Shown here: positions 10,771 to 23,169 of the stretch, piece after piece
Numbering within the stretch: the first letter of the stretch is position 1
Layout of the letters: the number at the start of each line of letters is the position of its first letter
NCBI RefSeq assembly: GCF_036321535.1
Contig: NC_087447.1
Span: forward strand, 41,604,001 to 41,668,000
Length of the DNA: 64,000 nt
DNA from: Camelus dromedarius
Taxonomy: Eukaryota
Reading direction: 5' to 3'
Translations under genes and position numbers: made by a program
Notes under the pieces: model-generated
What the model saw: only the letters and a program-made list of their open reading frames with translations
Database searches by the model: none
Told to the model about the DNA's origin: nothing

Positions 10771-13700
10771 TGACAATACTCAGAGCAGAGGAAAGAATGC
10801 AAATCCCAAGGGTCTGGGACGATAGCCTGAACGCACCTCTGACACTTGAGATTTCTGGAGAGCTCCCTACTTACTTAAACACTTATGCAAATTTTGCATT
10901 GTACCCTTATATGTGTATTTGTTTCAATAAACATAGTTGGGAGTGGTAGTCCCCACAAATAATTCACATCAAATTGATGCTCCAGGAAGATGGTCCATAT
11001 GTATCCCACCTTGGCTTACCCTTGGCATAGCAGTGCACATCCCAATTTGAGACGTTCAGGACAAGAACTCTAGAAGGACTGTGAGCTACTAACATTCTTT
11101 AAAATTTCTCAAACTTCAACAAGTCCAATCTCCATTCTGCCAACATCCCCAAAACAACCATTCCTGGAACAGAAGTCACATCTGGATGCTATTAAGCTCC
11201 TCCAACACCTGAATGGGGCCAGGACTCACAGGGGCTATCCCGGTGGATTTACTGCTGTCTTAGAAGCTGTGAGACAAAAGTGTCACAGAGAACTGGCCCC
11301 CACATTCCTTCCGCATGGTCCACACCCACAAGGCATCTACAGTCTAACCCTGGTGGCCGCCACCACCACAGATGTCACACCCAGGGGCCTTGTTTTGAGC
11401 CTCTAGGTCATACTTTCTCTAGGGGCTACAGGTGGGGCTGAAGGGAGGTAGCAGGAAAGGTCGGGGCAGTGCAGAGCACCCCTAGATGGGGAGAGTGGGA
11501 GGCGTGGAAGCCAATAGTTTTTAACCCTTTCAGGACCACCCCCCTCTATGCTGACCATACCACTCATGGTGGGCCCCTTGAGGGCCCTTTTAAACAGAGG
11601 AGATGTGTGTCTCAGGAATGAGGGGGTTCATCCTGAGTTACCCACCCAAGCACTTTGTCAAAGCTTCCTGACTGCCTGAAGGGAAGGGAAGGACCAGAGC
11701 TGTCTCACATCCACACTTTTACAAATGCTACTCCCTCTTGAAATTCCCATCCTCCTGCCTCTCCGCCCAAATCTGCAAAAGTGCCACTTGCTCTAGGAAG
11801 GTGTCACTAAGAGCCCTACCTCCAGGCAGAGTTGGACACCCCCTCCCTAGCCCCACCTCGTCATTTTGTGCACTTCCCTATTAAAACAAAACGTCACCTG
11901 ACAGGTCCATCCATCGACCCTCCACGCTCTAGGCTGTGGGCTTCCTGTCAGTGCCTGACACAGAGACTGAGGCTCGAAGGTCCCCTTCTAACGTCCTTTG
12001 TGAAGGAAAGTACAAACCCATTAAAACCGATGAAATAGGCAGCTACAACTCAGTCAGGCGGGGGCTGCAGAGGGCCAAGCCGTGTGGCTCCGCCCACCAA
12101 CTTTCCAAGCCCTCCCAGGTGCCTCACTCAATTCACAAAATACTGGGCCTCAGAGAAATCCCCTTCCTGCCACCCAAAATTGCCCTTTCCCACAGCAGTT
12201 ATCCCCTGGAGCCCTCAGCAGAAGAAACCTGAGAGTTGAAACTCCCACTTGAAAGACCCCAGTGGAGATGAGAGCCTGGGTCCCCAGCCTCCATAATTAG
12301 ACCCCGGGGAGGCTGAAGGAGCTCTCACACTCCTGTGCGCTCCGCATGGCTCTCCCTGGGAGAGGCAGCCAGCTTCTCGCCCCAGCAGGAAGCCCAGGAC
12401 CAAGGAGGAGGCACAGATCTCACTCCCCCTGCTCTCTGTTCCTGCCCTGTCTGCCTCTCCCCCATAGCAATGTTCCTGCCAAAGTCCGTTTCTAGACCCC
12501 TGACCTTGTCCCTGTCCCTGTCTCCATCCCTCTCTTCCCTGTGGTGTGGCACAGCTTCTCTCCTGGGTGCCCAACCCTCTTTGCCCATGGATGCCCTGTT
12601 AGTAAACATGACAGAGTGTTCTGGAGTACAGTGACCCACAGGCATCCTCTGTGGCTGAGGTCCCTTGAAGACAGGCAGCAGGGGCTGGCCCAAGTTCCCA
12701 GGTTTCAGCCAGACTGGACAGAACCCACTAGTGAAGTGCTGATTCCATTCCAGCCAACGAACATCATCAAGGCCCACTCTGGGCCTGGCCCTGTTCTAGG
12801 TCCTGGAGGGACACACACGGCCCCGCCCAGCCGCTGAGGGGAGACAGGCCTGAGAAACTACATTATAATCTGTTAACAACACAGAGAAGGTAGCTAGTGA
12901 TGGGAAGGGCAGAGGGAGTGAGGGGAGGGGACAGAGAAGAGGTCAGGGCGGCCAGCCCTCCAGTGGCCACTCCACCTTGGGAGCGGGACTTTGAAGGCTG
13001 GCTTCCAACTGGGAGCATGGGAAGGGAGCCAGGGATGCTATCCAGCTTCACTATTCCTGAGCCAAACTGCCATTTTCCCTCAGTCAATTCACAAACAGTG
13101 GGCACAGGAGAGCCCCCGAACGGACAGGGTGGGAGGGCCAAGAGCTGTGCCACAGCACTGCCTCAGGGTACCATGATGTCTGTGAAAATCCCAAGAGCAA
13201 AGCCAAAAAGACTGTGCATGTGACAAGGAGGAGGAGAAGGGAATAAGAAAAGAAAGGATCCAGGGGTGCAGAATGAGAGTGAGACCAGGGGCTCAGGAGG
13301 GAGGAGAGAGGAAGCAAAAAGCAAGATTGGCTGTGAACACCTGAGAACACAGCCTGAGCGAAGGCATGCAGGTTAAGTATCATGCATGCCCAGAAACAGG
13401 CTCTGTTCTAGCCCTTCCCGCAGGGACACTGCTTCCCCCAGCTGCCTGCTCTGGGTACCAGGGGGAGTGACTACACTGGACTCTTGGCCCAGTGTCAAAT
13501 TAGCTCCCTATAATGTTACCTGAAGGGGCTCCCACCCTGGACTTTATTGAGGGAGTCACCTCACACAAACTTCTTTATAGACCTCAAAACCACAGAATTC
13601 AGTTCCTCATAACCTTTTGTTCCTAACACATTTTTATGACAGTTCATGGCCCTCTTATATTATTTTATTTATGCCATGCCAAATGATGTCTGAATACTTA

Positions 13701-13977
13701 TTTGAAAGTCAAAATCAAATGGCTGGAAGTCAAATAATACATTTGTATATTATGGATGGAGGTTATACTCAGAAATTTAAAATGTGTTAGATTTTTCAGG
13801 GGCTGAGAGAACTTCTGGGTTCCATGCAAAACAAACAGGAACTGAGAACATCCCAGTAAAGCTAAAGGTCATGGCCTCTTTAACTGTGTTGAAACCCAGA
13901 AATCCAGGAACCTCACCTTTCCTTTCCAGAAGCCCTGCACCCTCAGGGTCTCCCACACTAAACACATCTCTCTAGAC

Positions 13978-14308
13978 CAGCAGGTGGCAAGCTCTGCCGC
14001 CAAGTCACATCCAGCCCACCATCTGTTTTGCAAGGCCTGCGAGCTAAGAATGTTTTTTATATTTTTAAGTGGTTGGAAACAATCAAAAGAAGAATCATAT
14101 TTTGTGACACATGGAAATTACATGAATTCAAATGTCGGCGGCCATAAATAAAGTTGTATTGGAACCCAACCACAGTCATTCTCTTCCATATTGTCCAAGG
14201 CTGCTTTCCAACTACAGTGCAGTTTAGTGGTTGCAACAGACACAGGACAACCCAAAAACCTAAAACACTGACTATCTAGCCCTTTATGGAAGAGTGTGCT
14301 GATACCTG
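13978..14308 (-). mobile_element. MER58B-type hAT-Charlie MITE
   Basis: Charlie-type 8-bp TSD ctctagac (13970-13977) / ctctaaac (14309-14316); 'gagctaagaatgttttttatatttttaagtggttg' and 'aaataaagttgtattggaac'. Confidence 0.85.
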
Positions 14309-14559
14309 CTCTAAACCAAAGCCCTGAAAGGGGGTTGAAGACCCACGTGTCTGACTGTCCTCATTTCTCTCCCCCTTCCCCCTCTCACTCTCCTTCTTCT
14401 ACCTCCTGGGGCCAAGAAGTGGGCGTTGGTTTACTTACTTCCTTTACGTAAGTTCCCCCCCCTTTCTGATTCCAGCCTCCTGGGTAAGCCTTAGGGACTG
14501 GTGGAGGTGTCCTCCCTAGCTAGGCCAGAGCTTTTAGAGGGCGTTCCTCCAGTGGGCCA

Positions 14560-14900
14560 AGGTTGTGCAGCAAAGTGGTGTGGCGACGCCCACAGCCCTG
14601 GGGCGAGCGGGCGGCTGGAGCACGTGGGCTGGTCACTCCGGAGAGACCCTCGCTCCTTGTAGGGCTGTCCCCTCCAGTGGGACCCCCCTAGGCAGCAAGG
14701 AAAAAGATCTTCCCCCACGCATCAAAGGGGCGCTCCACCACCTGCCCAGGCACCGCTCCGCTCCCCCGCAGAGTGCCGTGTAGCCCACGTGACCGCAGCG
14801 TGCCGGCCACGGGGTGGGGGAGGGGCAAGGGGCGCAGGAGGGCGGTCTCGGTGGGCACAGCGTCAGATGGCAGCCCTGAGTCTCTTCACTCTTGTGTGCG
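14560..14900. promoter_or_regulatory. Small CpG-rich element, candidate enhancer or promoter
   Basis: Dense CpGs; CACGTG at 14621, CACGTGAC at 14786, ATCAAAG at 14721. Confidence 0.5.
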
Positions 14901-15452
14901 TAAACCAAATAACTTATGGTCCAAACTGGTACATTTTCTTTTTTTAAACAAGTTTTAACGAGGTATCGTTTACATACCATAAAATGCACCCAGTTTAAAT
15001 ATACAATACTATGAGTTCCGACAAACATTCGTTTGTGATTGTGGGCGATCTACCAGGGTAATCACTGCCACAGCCAAGATAGAAAACCTTGCCATTACCC
15101 CAAAAGTTCCTTTTAACCCCTTTGCAGTCATTTTCCACTCCCCACATCCCTGTCCCCACCCACCACGGCTACCCAAGACAACTTTTCATCTGCTTTCCAT
15201 CATTACAAATTTGTTATGTCTGTTCTAGAATTTCAAGTAAATGAAATCAATCATACAGCATGTACTTGTTTGTGTCTGGCTTCTTTTACACAGGATGTTT
15301 TTGAGCTTTGTCCATGTCATGTGTATCAACATCAAACTGGTGCACTTTTTTTTTTTTTTTTTGAGTGAAAGTAGGTGCTATGAACAGTCATGTCAGGTCA
15401 GAAGGCATAAATCAGAACGCATCAGGACAAATCAGGACAAAGGTGACTTTAT
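14899..15452 (+). mobile_element. MER94-type hAT-Blackjack MITE split by an L1 insertion
   Basis: Left half 'accaaataacttatggtccaaactggtacatttt', right half 'tgagtgaaagtaggtgctat...caggacaaatcaggacaaaggtgac'. Confidence 0.65.
14938..15332 (-). mobile_element. Old L1 3' end inserted in MER94
   Basis: 'tacataccataaaatgcaccc...gttctagaatttcaagtaaatgaaatc'; flanking duplication caaactggtacatttt / caaactggtgcacttt. Confidence 0.8.
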
Positions 15453-16172
15453 GCATTGGGCTGCTTCTTATCTTTTGCAGCAGCTGAGCTTTTTTTAGTT
15501 ACATCCAGGCTGGCTGCAGGGGGAATGCTCTAAAAATGCATGTGTATTTTGCAAATTAATGCTTCATCATTATTTCAGTACATGCAAATGCTAGAGATTT
15601 GATGGATGCTAAATCCAATGTCTTATCACAAGAAATTTCAATGCTACCTTTGTCAATGGAAGAAAAGAGAAATTTATCGTCTTTACATACAGTTTCAACT
15701 GCTGTAAATTTTTGAGTGGTTATAAAGCTGTTTTTAATTTGTTACCACTAGTTTATACAAATTTTCTTGTCAGTGATGATTATCAAGAATTTGAAGAAAT
15801 CATTAAAAATCTCCATCAGAAATTTCATGCTGCCATTTCAGTCTGAAATCATATATAAAAAGATATGTTCCTGGAAGTAAGCTCATGTTTAATAAAATAT
15901 TTGAAATAATTTTATTTAGAATTCTATACAAATTCAATATTACTATTTTCCTTTGCTTTGTATCTTACTGTAATTACAAAACATGAAAAAATGTTGTGCA
16001 TTTTTTCACTAAGCCCAAATAGATATTCTCAAGTCCCCTTCAGTTCCTTCCAATGCACCATACACATCTCATTTTCTATGTGAATAGGGAAGCATAAAGC
16101 AGCTCAATCCTAATCTATGGGAGAAGTGGTGGCTGCGGCTAGAAGACTGCTGTCCTGCTAAAGAAGTCTCTT

Positions 16173-16186
16173 CTGCCCTCTAGTGA
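16173..16186 (-). promoter_or_regulatory. Candidate CTCF motif
   Basis: Minus strand TCACTAGAGGGCAG versus consensus CCACYAGRGGGCRS; motif match only. Confidence 0.45.
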
Positions 16187-17589
16187 TAGTCTTTGTAACT
16201 GCATCTCCACAGGGAAACAATAAGGTAAGGGGTAATTTAACATATCAGTTTTGTATTTGCAAAAATATCATCCCTGTTACACAGGCATTATGCTCACCTT
16301 TGGTCCTGGCAGGTGCAAGCCTTCACAGGCATCCATGACCCCTGTTGCTCCATGAGCCCTGGGGAGATCCAGCCTGTGGCTCCTGTTGCTTGATTCCACC
16401 ATCCCTCTCCACACTCACCTTCTCCACTATGACAGATGGGCCAGATCTCCACCATCCCCAGCCAGAAGACCACCCTTGCCATCATCTAGAACCACCAGCT
16501 ACCAAGCTCCTTCCCTACCCCACCCCCCAGATGCAAAGACCACCAGAGGGGAAAGAGGAGACTGAAGCATCCACCCTATTCAGCAATCTGATCTCAACAG
16601 GCAAGCCCCAGGCCCTCCAGGGGGTTTGGGGGTCCCCTTGGCACATTGAGGGAAATGAGGTCGACTCCACCATAAACATTTCCTGTGCCCTCATCCAAAG
16701 TTAGAGACCCAACCTTTTGCAGCAGGTAGCAAGTAGCCACCAAGAGGGAACCCAAAATTCATCAGCTGATACATGAAGTACCAGTCTCAGAGTCTCAATG
16801 TATGGTTACACAGTGAAAATTACTTGAGAATTGGAACATATAAAAGTTGAGGATCACATATGCAAGAATTATTGACGACAACAAAGTACTCCTCTGAATG
16901 GGCATTATAGACCATTGACTATTAAGGTAACTTCAGTTCTGCCCTGAGTGCAAATCCAAGTCATAGTATGTTCTAGTGTTCAGTTCTATCCCGTCTTCAT
17001 CCTTATCTATCACATTTCGGCTTATAGGTCAGAGTCCCTGTTTAGGCCCCACTTTTCCAGACCCAGAAATCCATTTTGGAAAGAACTGTCAGAAGGTTAG
17101 GTCATAGCAAGAAAGTGGCAAGGCCATGACTACTATGATGAAGGCTTTCTCTCCCAGTCTGTTTCTAAGTGGGACCTTCAGAAACACATGGCACTCCCAA
17201 GGTGTGTTTGTTGTCCCAGATTTGGTGTCTAAATCATCCCTTTTCCCTGGGCTGTGTGAGTGGACTTCCCTTGGGCTGCAGGCAGTAGCCAGACAGTAAT
17301 CAACCTAACCTCTTCCTAGTCACAGATACATGTGACACAATGAGGCAGAAACAGTGGGGTCCAGGTGGACAGACTGGGCCTGCCTCACTTGGAGCCATAA
17401 AGCAGCTCTCCTGGGCCCCCCCATGTTGCCAGTCTCTGGATCAATGGGGCCCCACTAGACTCTGCACAGGACAGCAGTTATCAGCAGATGAGTGCCACTG
17501 AGTCACTGTGGGGTTGAGTTCTAATGCTTTCTTGAGGAATCTTCACCTATCACATTGGCCTTTATAAAGATAAATTTTACCATGGCTCT

Positions 17590-18050
17590 AGATTGGATAG
17601 AACTTTTTTGGTTGCAAGTGATTAAAACACATACACACAAATCTAACTGGCTCAAGCGAAAAAAAAAAAAAAAGAGGAGGTGGGTGCATGAAAGTAAAAA
17701 GTCCCATGAAAGTAAAAAGTCCCAGGGATGCATAGCTTCAGGCATCATAAGGGGCTCAAATGATGGCTGATAGCATCATTCTAACTCAGCTCTGCACTGC
17801 TCTCCTCCATGTTGACTTCAGTCTCAGATTTCACCTCTAAGGGAAAACGACGCCCAGCATCCCCAAGACTTCACCTTCCAGTTTCAGTATATGTGCTGCT
17901 GAAGTGAGCGTGTGACTTCATCTTCCAGATACAAGCCCAGTGGGCAAAGAACAAGTCTCTTCCCCAAAGCTCCAGCTCGAGTCTGGAATTCACTTTGGTA
18001 AATGGTTCTTGAGCCACACACCAATCGCTGAGCTAAGCCCCTGCAGTCAA
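17590..18050 (-). mobile_element. Old MaLR LTR (MLT1-type)
   Basis: 'ttttggttgcaagtgattaaaac...ctaactggctcaagc...gcttcaggcatcataaggggctcaaatgatg'. Confidence 0.6.
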
Positions 18051-19489
18051 GTGATGGAACAGGACACCCTCTCAATATGTCCAGGCTGTGCTTGCCCCTA
18101 AAATCTGGCCACCAAGGCAGTAGCAAACTCAATTCATTTCTGATGACCATTTCCAGGTCTCTCCTACTTTTGGCTCCTAGAGAAGTCTTTGTCCCCCCCA
18201 TATTTCCTTCTCTTCCCTGGGCTGTCCATCCAGGTCAGCTGGCCTTCCCTGCTTCTCATTATAACCTCCTTCTCCATGCCCTTCCCTGACCCCTAAGTTT
18301 ACCCTGAATGCAGGCACTAGGAGGGCTTCTTCCAAAACCCTTGAGTCTTTTAGCACCAGGAAGCCAGAATTCCCAGGAAATTCTGGGAGAGACAGAGCTT
18401 CTCTGTACTCGGGGGCCCTGGGTGTGTCCCGGCCAGCCTGCCTGGGACAGGAGACCAGCTGTGGCTCCAGGGGAGGTGTGGGAAGGACTAGGCAGTCAGG
18501 GTAGAATAAGAGCAGTTCAGGAAGCAAAGCGTCTCATCCCACTCCCTCCTAGATGGCTCAGACTGCAAAGGGCCTGAAATGCCATGCAGGGGTGCTGAGA
18601 CTTTATCCAGTGATGCCAGGAGATAAACAGCAGTCAAAAGGCTCATTGGACAGATGAACAAACAAGTAACCTGAGCCCAGAGATGGTAAGTGATTTGCCC
18701 TACATCACACAGCAAACAAGTAGGAGCAGCCAGACCAGACACCAGGACTCCATGTGCCCATCTTGGAACCTGGGCTCCCTCAATCTCAGCAGGGTTCTTT
18801 GGGAATCCTGAACATCTTCAGCCATGGTTTCACTTCTCAGGTGCTCTAGACCTGGGTTCCTGAGCTCTTAGCAAAAGCAGGAACCTGGGGATTGGAAACT
18901 AGGGCACAGTCAGAGAGAACAAACAACTGGGAAAGTTCAGGAAGGCTCAAGCTGGCACCGAAGGTTGACACTGGGGAATTAGAGACTGAGTTCTCTTAGA
19001 GCTTGGTAGAGGAGGGGCAAGGGGAACCAGCTCAAACTCAGCTACACTTTGCTCTGGGTGAGTCCAGCCAGACTCTGAGGACGGCCCATGCCTGACAAAG
19101 GCACTCTTAATGAGGGTAAAACTCCCTGAGGAAGCTGTGGGAGAGATGGGTGTGGGGAGGTGTCACCTCTGGCCTGAGAGCCTTGGCCTGGTTCCTGCTG
19201 AGGCTGATAGTTTGCCCCGGGCACAGAGCTCCTCCAAGACCGTCCTTAACAGAGGGCAGAGACTGGGATCGCGGGGTGGAAGGGAAGAGCCTTCTGGGCC
19301 CTGTTTTAGCGAAATCTGAAACTAATCTAGGGCAAGATTAGTCAAGACTTCAAAGGTGACAAAAGGTCCAGAACTGCCATGAGAGCAAGAACTTGGCTAT
19401 CTGACCCACCCTCTATCCCCAGTGCCTGGAACAGAGCCCGACCTGGCGCGTCTATTGTCTGTTCTGGGGAAAGGTGGTGGAATGAGCAG

Positions 19490-19790
19490 CCTCAGACGTG
19501 CCAGGGGAGAGCAGCCCCCAGCACCAGCATCGCAGCACACTGAAGCTCAGACCCGCCTGCAGCGGGACGACGCTCACCCAGGCGGCCGCGGGAGGGCAGC
19601 GCAGCGCAGAGAAACGGCGGCCCCGGGGACGGACGACAGGGGGCGCCTCCCAGCCCGTCGCAGGGGTCGGCGGGCCGTCCGCCTGCCTGCCTCCACGCCG
19701 GGAGATCCCGGACTGTGTTTGGAGCAGTATCGCAGACGGGATGCTTACGGTCGCAGCCACCTGAGGGCTTGCGCTGCCACTCCCTGGCTG
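19490..19790. promoter_or_regulatory. Small orphan CpG island
   Basis: Highest CpG density in the window (contains gcggccgc); CTCF-like ACGACAGGGGGCGC at 19633-19646. Confidence 0.6.
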
Positions 19791-20537
19791 TGTAATCAAT
19801 CTAGTGCTGCCCGCAATCCTAGTTTCCACAGCTATTAAAACGGGGATAGTGTTGGGATCATAAAATGTGAAAATGTTCTGAAAGCGTTTTCACATCTGTC
19901 ACTGGTACAGGCTGGCAGTCCCTAGGGCTTAAATTTCCCGATTTCCCGTCTAATACCTTTTGTATCCGTCAAAGGTCTTTGGCAGAGCTAAGGGTGAAAA
20001 GTTCTCCTTGGGGTGGGCGGTAAGTTCTTAACCAAACACTGTAAATGCTGTTGGCTTGACTCCTGCCGTTCTTTTTATTACTTGATGGGGTGCAGTCCAG
20101 AAGGGATTGTGGGCAGCAAAAAGGAGTGAAAAGTTGCTCCTCCGAACCTTTATCAAGAGTCCGTTATTTACTCATCAGGTATTTACTGAGGACCTGTTAA
20201 GCCTCAGATTGTCTGCACAGCCCGGCTCTCCCCTTGCACATCTCTAGGGCTGCTCAGTCTATCACCTTTCCCCAGAAAGGGGAATAGAAGAGCCAGGTTA
20301 GGAAGGCAGGAAAGAAAGAAGAGGGAATATGTACAAAACAGATAAGCAACAAGGATATACTGTACAGCACAGGGAATTAGAGCCGTTACCTTGTGATGAC
20401 AGTGGTCTTCTGCTGACACTGCCTTTCTCTTTCTTCAAATCTGTACCTCTCTCATCTCCCATTCCTTTCCCTTAACTGGCTCCCCCACCAGTCTTACCCA
20501 TCTCCTGCCCATGCTCCACCCAGCTTTCTGATACCTC

Positions 20538-20729
20538 TGTATAGATAGATGATAGATAGATAGATAGATAGATAGGTAGATAGATAGATATTTTACATAT
20601 ATGTGTGTATGAAAAATATATATATTTATATATACTTATATATATATAAATATATATATATAAACTCGTGTGTATGTGTGTGTGTGTATCCATTTGGTTC
20701 TGTTCCTCTGGAGAACCTTAACTAATACA
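20538..20729 (+). mobile_element. MLT2-type LTR 3' fragment with (GATA)n/(TA)n/(TG)n microsatellite
   Basis: Microsatellite followed by 'ccatttggttctgttcctctggagaaccttaactaataca', the MLT2 terminus. Confidence 0.7.
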
Positions 20730-21074
20730 TCCCTACCCTTCCTTTCATCCACAGAGGGGGACATAGCCTTCCTCTGGCTTCCTTCCGGGAGAATTCAAGT
20801 AAGCGTGAGATCATTCTGGAAGTCCCAGTGCTATGGCCCTCTCCTCAATCATTAAGGGCCCAGCTCGGGCATCACCCTGCTGGCCTGTCCTGCTAATCTT
20901 TCCAGGAATAGCCTGGCTCTTGGCCCAACACTGAGCATGTCTCTTGCACTGATGAGACAAGATTATTAGAAAATGGATTTAATTTAAAGAAAATGTTGAT
21001 AAATGTGACAAACATTCACTCTGTGGATTACATATCAATGCTAACGAGTCACCAAAACCTCTACTCCCATCAGA

Positions 21075-21630
21075 CTTAGTCATTCATTCACTTACCTAAC
21101 AAATATTTATTGAATTCCTACATTTGCCAGACACTGTTTTAGGCTTCAGGAATGCAGTAGTGAACAGAACAGTTACATTCAAGTGGGGAAAGACAGACAG
21201 GAATTAAACAGATAGATCTGCAATATGTTACAGGGTCATAAAGAGCTAGGAAGAAAAATTAAGCTTCGTAAGGAGATGGAGAATGGATAAACAAATGGGG
21301 GAGGCTTATGTAGGTTGTGTACGTTATGATTTATGATGAAAGCTTTTCTGTTCAGTAGCATTTGAACAGTGGCCTGAATGAGGGTGTGAGCATGCAGATC
21401 TCTGAGAGAAGAGCTTTCCAAGTAGGGGGAACAGCAGATGCAAAGACCCTGAGGCCTGACATGCTGGCATCTTCAAGAAACAGCCAGGAGGCCAGTGTGG
21501 CTGGAATAGAGTGAACAAGGGAGAAGACAGTAGGAGCAGTAGTGGGAGACCGAGCCACGTAGGGTCTTAGGTTTATGATGAGAACTTTGGATTTTACTGA
21601 GAAAGGTGAGAAGCCATTGGAGTGTTTGTC
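21075..21630 (-). mobile_element. L2 3' fragment
   Basis: 'cattcattcac...aacaaatatttattgaattcctac...gcaaagaccctgaggc...gaggccagtgtggctgga'. Confidence 0.85.
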
Positions 21631-23169
21631 CAAGCTTGTCGTATTAATTTCATAAAATTCATAAGAAGTGGAGAAAAAAGAAAGAGGGAGGGGTGGTTTT
21701 ACTGTCCAGAGCTTCTGGGCCAACCACTCCTGGGCCACTCTATGCCCCAGAGATACCTCTGTGATGCATTTTCAATAGCCATTGACTTGCCTCCCAATTA
21801 CATTGTCTCCTCCCCAGAGTTGGGATAAGTTTTAACTTTAGGGAGAAGCACGTGGGGATGGGAGAGGGTAGTGGGGTAGAAGGACCACCAGGCGCTACAC
21901 TTTCACTGCCATCTCTCCAAGTTGATGCTTGAGCTTTCCACATTGCTTCCACTCATCTCTCTTCTTTATCACCTTGACAACTGTCATGTCAATATACCAC
22001 CTTAAAAATTGTCTTCTGGCAAACGTGCCCATGGAGACAGCTGCCCCCTTCTCTTTGCTCACCAGATGTTCATCTCCACTCTGTGCTTCCTTCCTGATTA
22101 CTGAGTATCTCAGCCTTGGGGCTTGAAAGACCTTCTGGGGGTCAGTGTGCATAGAAGCTTCTCTACTCCTTCCTCATGTTCTGTGCCCACCATTAACATT
22201 GTACAGCTATGACTGATGCCCCTACACACTACTTCATCCCACTGTGAGGTGGAGAATCAGGAAGGAAACATATGAGAAATGACTGCAGAGATGGGGGTGG
22301 GGAGAAATAAATCAAAGAAATGAGGAGCAGAAGCAGGAGGGAGGTGTTAAGGCACTTTATCCCCCAGAAGTAGCTCAGGAAGCTCTGCCTGTGGGAGCAG
22401 GGAAAGGACTCTGCTTCCCCAAATGTTTCCCTCCAGAAGTCAAGAACGATGGCAGCGGAACCTCCACAGGAGGGTCTATGGAATCAAGTCACTGACTTCT
22501 ACCCCAGAGGGCTCAGCCGTGGAGAGAGCAGAGCACCAGGCAGGAAACAGTCCTCCTGGAAGCTGGAGAAGCACACTGTGTTCTCCTGCCCCAGAGAAAT
22601 AACCTTTTCTCCTCCTTTTCCAATTCTTTCCTTCCTGCCTTGGATGTCAGACACGTCCGAGTGCCCTCCTCTGCCCTCCCTCCACATCACATGAAGCTAT
22701 GCATGGTTCCTTGGGAGTAAAGAACCGCGATGACTCAGCCGGGCCACCTGCAGCCACTTTCCTGCTCTTTTGCCTCTGTGCACCCTTGGGGGTGGCCTGC
22801 ACTCCACAGAGCGAGATGTGCCATTTCTGCCTTTGCTGAATCCCAATCCAAGGGAATTTTTCCATAATTCGTCACTTTCTGTAAGGGCTTACATAAAAAG
22901 TAGTTATTTCCAGGCCAAAGCAAAAAAAAAAAAAAAAAAAAATCAATGGAATTTAGAACAGTCCTAGGAAAGGCTGGTCCCAGTGGAGAAGAGAAAGTTC
23001 CTGCCCCAATTGAATCACTTCTCCTGCACAGTCTTGATCCTGCAGGAGCACAAGAGCCCTCACTCCTATTAGGAAAATGTCCTGGGATCCCCACCGCTCA
23101 CCCCTTTCTTCAAGGCAGCATGAAGGACCCTCGCTTGGGTGCAAAGTTCCCAGGGAAACAGAAAGTGCC

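Noticed and set aside
12215..13383. Cluster of 95-150 aa ORFs on both strands
   Set aside because: GC-rich, low-complexity, mutually overlapping, with no recognisable domain; expected by chance.
16300..17450. Possible decayed retrogene
   Set aside because: The three forward frames are interrupted by stops, the part of the minus strand I read does not look coding, only superficial protein similarity, and part resembles a MER5-like fragment.
19422..19838. 138-aa and 125-aa ORFs over the CpG island
   Set aside because: Arg/Gly/Ala/Pro-rich by-products of high GC content, with non-ATG starts and no domain.
21895..22152. 85-aa minus-strand ORF with protein-like composition
   Set aside because: No family recognised and no splice context; may be decayed L2-like purine-rich sequence.
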